Position numbers and translations under genes: made by a program. A stretch of 64,000 nt of DNA, taken from positions 1 through 64,000 of the forward strand of contig VRVR01000048.1 in the NCBI GenBank assembly GCA_009859145.1. The letters are read 5' to 3'. Positions 50,401 through 58,283 of the stretch are shown here, piece by piece (positions within the stretch are counted from its first letter, which is position 1; every line of letters begins with the position of its first letter). The stretch is from Andalucia godoyi And28 (lineage: Eukaryota; Protista; Jakobida). Below the pieces are notes generated by a model. That model was not told the origin of the DNA. It saw nothing but the letters and a program-made list of their open reading frames with translations, and searched no databases.

Positions 50401-51078
50401 AAGGACGAGGGCGACCACAAGGAGTATCTCGTCTACTACCCTTTTGAAGAATGCTCGGTGAATCTCCAGATCGCATCGTCATTTCTGCTACTTCTGTATG
50501 GAGTGGTAACACCTTGTTGTCTTTCGTACTTGCTATGGAAGAGCGGTGCACTCTCCGAGCGCGTGCAGGTCGATCCGCGAAAGCTGCTCGTCTATTCGAT
50601 GCTGTTTGGCTCGTATCGTCGCAAGTGCCGCTGGTGGGAAATCATGGTCACGGCACGTCGAATGCTGTTCGTTGCGTTTTTTGTCACAATTCCTCCATTA
50701 TCGGAGTATCGCAGCTTGACGGTGTCGATGCTCTTGGTGCTGTCGTGCTGCGTGCAAGCGATTACGTGTCCGTACCACAACGATCAGGAAAACTACGCTG
50801 AGATCTCCGCGCTGAGTCTGCTGATTGTGAATCTTGTCTGCTCGATCCAATCGCAAGTCATTCACGTTTCAGATGTCAATGGTGCCGGAGTCTTCATCTT
50901 TGTTCTCAACATGTTGTTCAGCGTCGTTGTCCTTTCCATGATCGCAATGCAGTTCAGAAGAAAATTCCTTCTGAAGCGCTCGGAATCCTACCGATCCTCT
51001 CCAGGCTTTCTCAGTGTGGAATCCGATCTCTCGCTCACATCGTCGCTGGTTCCCGAGTCCACTGATCGTGCCCTGTAG
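47473..51078 (+). CDS. LRR receptor-like protein: signal peptide, LRRNT, plant-type LRRs, Cys-rich region, multi-TM C-terminus
   Basis: LRDVYANLGGPQW..RTGW; repeated LxxLxLxxNxxSGxIP; CVCRPGFFG and CVEGYEGRLCSACSDGYF; about 7 TMs; LFGSYRRKCRWWE. Confidence 0.88.
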   Translation: MQHHHRGGVLSLVRVVRLISILCALLCSCNAAAHRTLPASSPAAIAHRLQRQRQLPLQPVASSVERREEDGNADCRVLRDVYANLGGPQWTNRTGWDSVMMTMLENGDDACCSGQLYGVVCSGSRVTKLLLGSNMLSGTIPASICDLSMLTLLDLSANAVNGSIPSCIGQLSQLVEIDFYFNSIGGSIPDSIVQLRALQTLNVHSNRISGPIPDGIGYLSALQMLLINANQISGSLPRSLCWLQNLTRIDADENAISGPIPACIGNLSTLLYSIDLSSNQLSGEIPYSLCSLSVLTTLRLFGNMLRGELPDCIGNLTAVNSFVVYSNQLSGRFPLSMRNLSQLELLDVHLNNFEGPVPGFIFTALPRLQTADLHLNRFSGSLVIDESAISALPAASSLKALYLQYNNVSGDLPASLCLLQRLQLVFLSNNQISAFPKCAFPNLVVLDLSSNRLVDFPFSLIESFPSLQSLDLSYNLLNGSYPVRPFMGNLSLRSLSLAYNQYSGDFPFYPCGYYNPITNVSYPTVSESGLSDLDISGNRVDSIPGVINAFSECILCDSLPYASLTTLKIENMMLQSVYDVLITLTNGDTCGGSVPFSQMLFLFPGVRALDVSSNGFSNLLDGFIAFLPLLSSLDFRNNPRVEISTSFSSSVGSLFVLNATTAYPYSVSLMCYLPNIGGSRLLAQVDPTFFSYKNCVCRPGFFGKPPDCHPCLQNGICSFSSEDVITQLNPATAWNLSGSIIAADGYYASPDVSISDMQHDISYPRFLESCAYAGTDLTPCKPSSSGADSCVEGYEGRLCSACSDGYFRSGDLCEACPDFAELVLFGMLVFFVVCCLFAWSFVVDNASSGLVKVFVFFWQAVFYIRSPMPKTMYIFTQETSSSVSFTLAGPECFFGSWGFVDRYVLSVVSPAIAVAVVFLIWAAGALKMKMSEGAGRPAPASQWTAWIDRCWRSVIFWIMLLLMPAFSTVLAPLSCVKDEGDHKEYLVYYPFEECSVNLQIASSFLLLLYGVVTPCCLSYLLWKSGALSERVQVDPRKLLVYSMLFGSYRRKCRWWEIMVTARRMLFVAFFVTIPPLSEYRSLTVSMLLVLSCCVQAITCPYHNDQENYAEISALSLLIVNLVCSIQSQVIHVSDVNGAGVFIFVLNMLFSVVVLSMIAMQFRRKFLLKRSESYRSSPGFLSVESDLSLTSSLVPESTDRAL

Positions 51079-51299
51079 CACCAGCCAGTCGCGCAATTGT
51101 GGCAAGCCATCATTCCGTAATGTATCGGTATGAACCCGATCACTCTCTTTATTCTTTGTTACAGCATTTGGCTTTCTTTTTTTTTTTCATTTTATTAATA
51201 ATTAAATTAAAGACCAATTCACACACAAACACATGCACGCACGCACGCAAAAAAACGAATATATACATGCTACACATTCTTCAAGCCACCGTTGCGTTG

Positions 51300-51698
51300 C
51301 TAGCAGTCCAAGTAATTGGCAGCCAGGAGCGTCTCGACGATGAGGCTTCGATGCGCAGGATTCTCTGGATCGCACTGCTTAAAAGGCGGGAAATCCGCCA
51401 TTGGGCGTCCGGACCGTGACTTGTACGAAAGATACCGACAAACCATGTCGAGCACTGGTGCAGAGATGTCTCGCAACGGAATTCGCAAGACACCCGACGA
51501 CGCGGAAGAACCAACGGTCGTCTTTCCACTGCTCGACCCCTTCACCTGTCGTATTCCGGACGCAGGATGCGATGTGTACGACACCTGCTGCTCGGCAAGC
51601 AACATCATCTGCATGAGCAGCCCGGCGTGCGACGCTGCGGTCCGCGGCAGATAAAACTCGGAGCCATCCGCTGCCACCAGCACCACATACAAGTCCAT
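51300..51698 (-). CDS. ELOC: Elongin C (SKP1/BTB fold)
   Basis: YVVLVAADGSEF, IPLRDISAPVLDMVCRYLSYK, and C-terminal ETLLAANYLDC. Confidence 0.87.
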   Translation of the reverse strand: MDLYVVLVAADGSEFYLPRTAASHAGLLMQMMLLAEQQVSYTSHPASGIRQVKGSSSGKTTVGSSASSGVLRIPLRDISAPVLDMVCRYLSYKSRSGRPMADFPPFKQCDPENPAHRSLIVETLLAANYLDC

Positions 51699-51944
51699 CG
51701 CACTACAGCAACCCAGTCAAGCACATCATTCCAGAAACCAACAGGGAATACGTATTTGGGCAAAGGAAGCAGCAGCACGTCGTGAGGACTGTCCGTATCA
51801 ATACGTCTACGGTTGCTGGGGAAATCATGACTTCGAGCATTGTCGACTCGTTTTTTGCTTTGCTTCACTATTGTATCCGCACAAGTTGGGCGACGTTCTG
51901 ATTTTGGTGTTGTTTTTTAAAATGAAGATGTAAAAGGAACGGAG

Positions 51945-52388
51945 ATGATTGTGGGATTAGGAACTGATTTGGTGTCTCATGCACGGATATCGGCGCTGCT
52001 GAAGCGGTACGGCGCGCGGTTCGTGCAGCGCATCCTTGCTGATTCCGAGCGTCAATTGCTCGAGTCGTTCTCGAGTGTGCAGGAAACAACAAACAAAAGG
52101 TCCTGCGAAGACAACGGCCGTACGGTGGAATTTGTGGCGGCGCGGTGGGCGGCCAAGGAGGCAGTCTGGAAGGCGCTTGGGCGCCGGACCCCCGCGCAGT
52201 CCGTTGCGGTGCTCAGGGACGCGGTGTCTGGAGCGCCGGTTGTCCATGTGTCGGGATTCACATTACAGCGAGCGGTCCATCGGGCGGGATCGGAACACAA
52301 GTTCTGGATAAGCATATCGCATGAATCGGGACCGCAAGCCCTGAGCATGGCGGTATGCGTACTGGAGGCGGGCACACATAGATCCTGA
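51945..52388 (+). CDS. acpS: Holo-[acyl-carrier-protein] synthase, AcpS-type phosphopantetheinyl transferase
   Basis: GLGTDLV...RI, AARWAAKEAVWKALG, ISISHE. Confidence 0.9.
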   Translation: MIVGLGTDLVSHARISALLKRYGARFVQRILADSERQLLESFSSVQETTNKRSCEDNGRTVEFVAARWAAKEAVWKALGRRTPAQSVAVLRDAVSGAPVVHVSGFTLQRAVHRAGSEHKFWISISHESGPQALSMAVCVLEAGTHRS

Positions 52389-52417
52389 CCCTACTCACGG
52401 TACATGACGATCTCGGT

Positions 52418-53290
52418 TTACGAAGTGCAGCACGCCTTTCGTTTCTTGGAGGTCGATGCCGCACCCATACTCATGCTTGTACTGCTACTGCTACTGCTAC
52501 TGCTGCTGGCTCTGGTTCGGGCGGGATCTGCAATAGATTGTGTCAAGTGGACTGTGCCCATCGTAGGGGTTGGAGAGTGTGCGAAATGACCTGCGGCAGA
52601 GGTCATCTTCACAATCTCTTCGACGAGGGATTGCATGGACAGCTCGACGTTGAGCCCCGTTTTGGCAGACGTTTCTATCCTTGCTGCAAAATTGGACTCT
52701 CGAATCCAAGAGTCAATCTCGGGAGACGAGATGTGTGTTGCAGCCGGTAAATCCACCTTGTTCGCCAGCAGCAAACAGGGAATTGGCGTTCCATTAAACG
52801 AGACCTTTTCGTCAATCTCGTTCTTCCAAAACTTGGCACCTTCCAAGGATGCCATTGACGTGATGTCATACACAACAAGCGCCCCGAGAGCTTCTTTGAA
52901 GAACACCCGCGTCATTTTTCCGAACCTTTCCTGACCTGCATCACAGCCCCAGAACAACAAATACGACCCCCCCACAACGGGGACACTTCATAATTAAACA
53001 GAAAGCACACAAAAACATACGTACTACGACGCAACAGTCGAGGTGAGGTAATAAATAAACATACCTGCTATGTCCCAAAGCTGCAATCGAACGGGTCGGC
53101 CGTCGCGGAGCACAAAGCTCTTGGATGCCAAGTCTGTGCCAATAGTCATCTGGTACTTTGCTTCCGTGAATGTATTGTTTGTAAACCGTCGGATCAGCGC
53201 TGTCTTGCCCGTTGAATAGCCGCCGACAACGAGAATCTTGATGATCTTTTCCTTGACTGGCGTCGTTGGTGTGCCTGTTACAAGTGTCAT
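52418..53290 (-). CDS. Rab32/38/29-type small GTPase; exons 53290-53065 and 52935-52418 (247 aa)
   Basis: GGYSTGKT; spliced WDIAG/QERFG; LANKVDL; ETSAK; C-terminal CCTS. Intron 53064-52936 (129 nt, GTATGT...TGCAG) restores the frame. Confidence 0.9.
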
Positions 53291-53632
53291 GGTTAGATAA
53301 TCCAAAGCATGAAACAAAAAGAGGATGAAACACCTGAACAGGGTAGAAAACAATGTATATGATGATAAAGAAGGAGAACAAGGGAAACCCGCGGATCGAA
53401 CGACGAACACGCTGGCTAGAAGGACTGGTCAGTGGTGCTATCCCCCTCCCTGTTTTGGGAAAACGACAAGCTTCTGCTGGTATCCATTGGAAACATCAAG
53501 CAGCGCAACAACAGCAACAACAACAACAACAAAAGAGAAAAAGAAAGAAAAAGAAAAAGAAACCCTGACGAACTGCACTGGTAATTGAGGATTTGTTTTT
53601 TATGATGATGACGATGGTGATGATGATGACCG

Positions 53633-56600
53633 CTATTTGTACAAGTGTCTTTGGCGGAGCGCAAATCCCTCCTTGAGAATCCGTTCGGGGACAGCATCGA
53701 ACCCAACGCAAAGCTTCCACCAGACGCCCGACACTCGTGCGGCCATGAAATCCGACTCGGACTGGACCACATCTGGAATGCTTCCACGGATGAGCTGAAT
53801 CCGGACGGCTTCGGGACCCTGGTCGCTTACTTCGGATGACACGGCGTGGACCAGTGGAGAGACCGGGGACTTGACAGTTACCACCAAGCTTGCCTCGTCT
53901 TCCTCGTCATCCCCGTCCGCTGGATCGATGAAATCAGTACCGGAATGCTGTGGGTGAACGCTCGGTGCGCTCGACAACCGCAAGCGAGCTGCTCGCGGAT
54001 TCGGTCTCCGAACAGACGCGTTCGCACTCGAGGCACGCTGATGAGTGGGCAGCGTGTCTGTTGTGCTCGTCGATCCAATGGAATTGACAGTCGAGCCCAG
54101 ATCCTGCGCGACGAACGAGCTGTGCTGTTTGGGTGCATTGACATGATTCTTTCGAACCAAGGATACTGCAAATTCCCTGGAATCGTACGCATGAGCCTCG
54201 ACAAGACCGAATTTCAGCACGCTTGCGACGCGACGTTTCCAGCCATCAAGTGCAGTAACAAACCGATCTTCATCTGATTTGGTCTCAATAGAAAATGGCG
54301 GGACAGACACATGGACGAGCAGCAAGGAAGACGTAAAGGCACCAAACAAGTTCGAAACTTCAGAAGAACGCGAGGAAATCGCAGCTTCAAGAGCAACACA
54401 AGCGTTCATCCATACACTCAAGAACGACAAGAGTGAATCGCAACGTGAGGTGTGGTGCGGAATTGTCAATGACGGCAGCAGTAGATAGCGGTTTTCGGGC
54501 GACGTGGCCTCTGCAATGGAAATTGGGGGCGCCTTCTGCGCGCTCGAGGAGGAAGATGTGGGCTTCTTGGAATTCGCGGTGATGGGCACGGTGGAAGGCT
54601 TGGGGTCCTTCAACACGGAGGGGATTGAGAAGGCATCCAATGGGTGTTTGGCACAGTGATATCGATTCATCGGCAGGAGAATAGACTCCACAGCAAACTG
54701 CGGATATGATTCCAGATTCAACACGCAACGCGCCATGAGGGACGAGAGGACATCGGAAAGGAGGCCCTCTTCTTCCGCAAGCCTAGACAAGAAGGTCGAC
54801 TCTCCGATCACCGAGCCAGAAGACGAAGCTGGTGCGACGCTCTTCGCTGACTTCTGAGATGCCAGAATTGCAAACGTAGTGGACCATGCTTCAAAGGTCC
54901 GAATCACCAAAGACAGTCTCGGCGGCTTAGCAGGAGCCACACGTGCACAGATGTTCTTGTGGTCGTCCAAACACTGCAGCAGACGCCACCACTTGAATCT
55001 TTTCGAGACAGCCTGCTTCACAGAAATGCAATTGCGAGGAGTCGCAAACAAACAAGGCTCTACAAGGCTGCGGTCGATTCGCTCAAGTCCAACACGGAGC
55101 AACGACGACCACAGTACGTTCCAAGCCGAAGGCGACGCGGCAAGCGCTTCGCCGACAAAAGCAGGCGGTACAAGCTTGACGATCGTTCCGAGTGCGACGA
55201 CCGCCTTTTCCTGATCCACAGGTCCGACAACAAGAGCATCCAACTGGTCCTCGGCGTAGAACGAGCGCGGAGCAAGCGGATCCACGAAATCCAGTTCGCG
55301 AAACCGGTGTTCGAAAGGCAGGCACGGGCGCTGCGATCCGGAAATCGGGTCCAGCAGGTCCAAACAGGATCGCACAAGGGGACGCAAAATGTTTTGCAAG
55401 AAGAAACGATACTGCGCGCTCATGACCTCTGCATGAGATCTCGCAACAGTGCGGCCGGCGACCCCGGATCTTCTCGCCGAGTGCTTAGAGATTGTCGATT
55501 TTGCCTCCTGCTCGCTGGTAGATTCCTCTGCATACGAGTTATCGACAACATCGTCATTTGCGTCTGCAGACGCATCGGAAGAGTACGAAAATTGCATTGC
55601 ATGTGCAATCAAGATCAATGCTCCATTCAACAGTAATGCTCGAAGAGTTGTCCGCGGTTCGTGATCATCCCAGTGGGTGTTGCCAATTGAAAGCCGTTTG
55701 CAAATAAGCTGAAACACAGCAAAGGCCACATCCAAGTCGCATACGAGGAGATCCGGGCGTGGGAAAGCGAGAAATAGGTCGATTCTGGATTGTCGGAGAC
55801 GATCATCGCGACTTACTGCACAAAGAGCCGTGGCATCGGCCGGGCTGACAGCAAGTGACGGAGACAAATACGCGATAGTCGTCGTTGTTGACGCTGCATG
55901 CGGCTGTTGTTGTGAATTGCGCAGTGCGTGGATCGATCGTGGAGCGTAGTCCGAGAAGTTCCGTGTAGGCACAAACATGGCTCTTGCAAAGGGCAATATC
56001 CACGGAAAATCGCGGGACGGATACACGATTGGCGTATGAGACGGCACCAAGCCCAGCATCGTCGATACCCACTCTACAATAGCACTCTCTTCCGCAACTG
56101 CTGTCGCTTCCGCTTCCTCTTCCTCTTCCTCTTCCTCTTCTTCTTCTTCTTCTTCTTCTTCGGCTTCCTGCTGCGCATGCTGCCGGTCTTTCCTACGGTC
56201 GCCTTGAGTGCCGCTCTCTGGTGGATGCCTGGCCATTTCCAGCGATTTTCCCCCCGACGAAAGATCTGCATATCGCCTCGTGAGAATGCCATCCAGTGCT
56301 TCTGAAATGTGCTTCAACGGTCCCTTCGAAGCCAGCACGCAATGTGCTACAAGTTTCTGGACGGTATCATTCAGCGACATGAACCGCGACTGAACCACGC
56401 TCCAACTGGACAGCCGTCGTTCTCGCCCAGCCTCGCCCTCGGCGTCGTTTTCATGGCCATTGTCGTTGGCATGATCATTGCCGCTACCTTTCGACTGACG
56501 CGCAGTGGGCGGAATCTTGTTATTGTGCAGCAAGGACGCTGGATGTGCGAGCGGCAACAACGAAGCAAAATTGGCTACCTCGCACAGTCCTTTTGTCCAG

Positions 56601-57226
56601 TTGTCCACCTCGTCCGTTGGCACCCCGTCAAGAAGGATTTCGCACTCTCGGTTCGAAAACGAAAGCAGCGAAGCAGATGACATTCTAGCGCGCAGAAAAT
56701 TCGCAATCTTTAGCGGAATTGGGATCTGATCAGACTCCTCCTCGTGCTCCTGCATCTGCTTTTGTTGCTTCTTCTGCTGCAGTTGCTGTACTGACTCATA
56801 CATTGGAAAGTTGTCGTGCGAAAGACCCTCCATGTAGTCCGAGGCGGCCGCCAGCATCTCCAGCTTATCCAGCACTGTGCATGCTCGCTGGAACCTCCTG
56901 ACCGCAGAGATCCATTCTTTGTGCATCTTTTCTTCCACGCGCGCCATTTCCGACACAAACCACACGAGATCGTCCAGATTCCGATCTCTGTCGTAAACCA
57001 CCCGCACGGCAGAGCAAAACTCATCGAATGTAAGCTGCGAAAACGAGTGTGGGTGCACATGAGCCATCCCTATTGCATGCATCGGGATCTCCAGTGACCC
57101 CAAAATGCGCGCAAGGTCTGCCGCAGAAATCGTGTTCGATGACGATGAGGGACGAAGCAGCGGCCATGCATTGCGGCACTGTTGCTCAAACGAAGCCGCC
57201 GCATCACTCGTCTGGTTCCGCTTCAT
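53633..57226 (-). CDS. Large hypothetical protein with degenerate N-terminal EF-hand-like pair and poly-Glu tract
   Basis: 1197-aa ORF from ATG 57226; ISAADLARIL and LTFDEFC resemble EF-hand exits; no other family recognised. Confidence 0.75.
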   Translation of the reverse strand: MKRNQTSDAAASFEQQCRNAWPLLRPSSSSNTISAADLARILGSLEIPMHAIGMAHVHPHSFSQLTFDEFCSAVRVVYDRDRNLDDLVWFVSEMARVEEKMHKEWISAVRRFQRACTVLDKLEMLAAASDYMEGLSHDNFPMYESVQQLQQKKQQKQMQEHEEESDQIPIPLKIANFLRARMSSASLLSFSNRECEILLDGVPTDEVDNWTKGLCEVANFASLLPLAHPASLLHNNKIPPTARQSKGSGNDHANDNGHENDAEGEAGRERRLSSWSVVQSRFMSLNDTVQKLVAHCVLASKGPLKHISEALDGILTRRYADLSSGGKSLEMARHPPESGTQGDRRKDRQHAQQEAEEEEEEEEEEEEEEEEAEATAVAEESAIVEWVSTMLGLVPSHTPIVYPSRDFPWILPFARAMFVPTRNFSDYAPRSIHALRNSQQQPHAASTTTTIAYLSPSLAVSPADATALCAVSRDDRLRQSRIDLFLAFPRPDLLVCDLDVAFAVFQLICKRLSIGNTHWDDHEPRTTLRALLLNGALILIAHAMQFSYSSDASADANDDVVDNSYAEESTSEQEAKSTISKHSARRSGVAGRTVARSHAEVMSAQYRFFLQNILRPLVRSCLDLLDPISGSQRPCLPFEHRFRELDFVDPLAPRSFYAEDQLDALVVGPVDQEKAVVALGTIVKLVPPAFVGEALAASPSAWNVLWSSLLRVGLERIDRSLVEPCLFATPRNCISVKQAVSKRFKWWRLLQCLDDHKNICARVAPAKPPRLSLVIRTFEAWSTTFAILASQKSAKSVAPASSSGSVIGESTFLSRLAEEEGLLSDVLSSLMARCVLNLESYPQFAVESILLPMNRYHCAKHPLDAFSIPSVLKDPKPSTVPITANSKKPTSSSSSAQKAPPISIAEATSPENRYLLLPSLTIPHHTSRCDSLLSFLSVWMNACVALEAAISSRSSEVSNLFGAFTSSLLLVHVSVPPFSIETKSDEDRFVTALDGWKRRVASVLKFGLVEAHAYDSREFAVSLVRKNHVNAPKQHSSFVAQDLGSTVNSIGSTSTTDTLPTHQRASSANASVRRPNPRAARLRLSSAPSVHPQHSGTDFIDPADGDDEEDEASLVVTVKSPVSPLVHAVSSEVSDQGPEAVRIQLIRGSIPDVVQSESDFMAARVSGVWWKLCVGFDAVPERILKEGFALRQRHLYK

Positions 57227-57556
57227 TCAACAAACACCCCGTAAAAATAATGGTGATTATAATGATGAATATGATGCTGGTGGTAGTGGATGCGAGACTA
57301 ACCAAAAAAAGGGGGAGGGAACTATGAGGAAGAAAAACACGGTTCAAACTTTATATATATACGCTTTGTGAATTCCTCATTTAAAGTAATGAAAAAAAGA
57401 ACGGGGTCGTTTGAACGAAATTGGTCGAGAGGGGGAAATCGACAGATTTCGACAAGAACGTTTGCAAAGAGCACAACTTTGCGGGTGAACTACAGGCGGT
57501 GGAGGCGCTTTTTCGAGTTGAAAATTGCAGAGGGCGGGTATCCGTTATGGCCTGCT

Positions 57557-57857
57557 TGGACGTCACAACTTTCAACGATCCCGGTTTGCTGGATATGGAC
57601 GCGTATCCGGGTTGCATGGTGCCCCGGCATGCAATCTGACGGCACGCGAAGGCCTAACGTTTTTCGGCGGATTCTTCCACTCTGGGCGTGTGCTCGGGCG
57701 ACGGAGTCCGAGGGCGTGCATTTTTGTGGAGTGGGCAGAGCTGCGGGGTAGCCTTGTGCTCCGGTGGCGCACCCCCCGTGCGTTGTCTTGTGTCCGGGCG
57801 GGTCTCCGATGATCAGAAAACACGGTCATCACCAACCATTAGCGTTCTGATCGGACT
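57557..57857 (+). ncRNA. Candidate structured ncRNA (U3-like or other box C/D RNA)
   Basis: Six short hairpins; GAC...ACTTTCA..GATC at the 5' side; CGATGATC at 57807-57814; CTGA at 57847-57850 followed by TCGGAC. Unverified. Confidence 0.3.
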
Positions 57858-58179
57858 TCTGCCAGCTTCTTGTGCAAGCAAAACCACCTCGAGTGCAAAA
57901 ATAACTCAAGATGTCGTAGCAGAACTCGGTGACGCGAACCCCGCACGGCGCACATTCATCTGGTCTCGATCGTTTGCTTCGCATCTCTCCGTCATCGTGT
58001 GTGTGCAACTTACAAGTTTGCACATTCTTACTGGACGAAACGGACGAGATGGCTGGCGATTCGTGATTGTGAGCGTTGGACAAGACACACATCAGGGAAT
58101 ACTAACGCACTGTTGGCTACATCACAGTTCCAGGCTCGAACGCTCTTCACCGTCTTACTTGTCGTCCGTTCTGTTCTTT

Positions 58180-58200
58180 CCCCCCCCCCCCCCCCCCCCC
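58180..58200 (+). repeat. C21 homopolymer (G21 on minus strand) upstream of the cyclase gene
   Basis: Directly visible run ending 84 nt before ATG 58284. Confidence 0.9.
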
Positions 58201-58283
58201 TCTCTCCTTTGCTCCTTTTGCTCTCTGTTCCTTACCCGTGTTTTTCCCAACAAAAAAGCAAGAAAGATTCTTGAGAAGAGCCC

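Noticed and set aside
46964-52388. LYR protein and AcpS nearby as a mitochondrial ACP gene cluster
   Set aside because: They are separated by unrelated genes; proximity is expected by chance in a gene-dense genome.
57636-57652. CTGACGG...CGAAG as a hammerhead ribozyme core
   Set aside because: Does not match the required CUGANGA and GAAA boxes.
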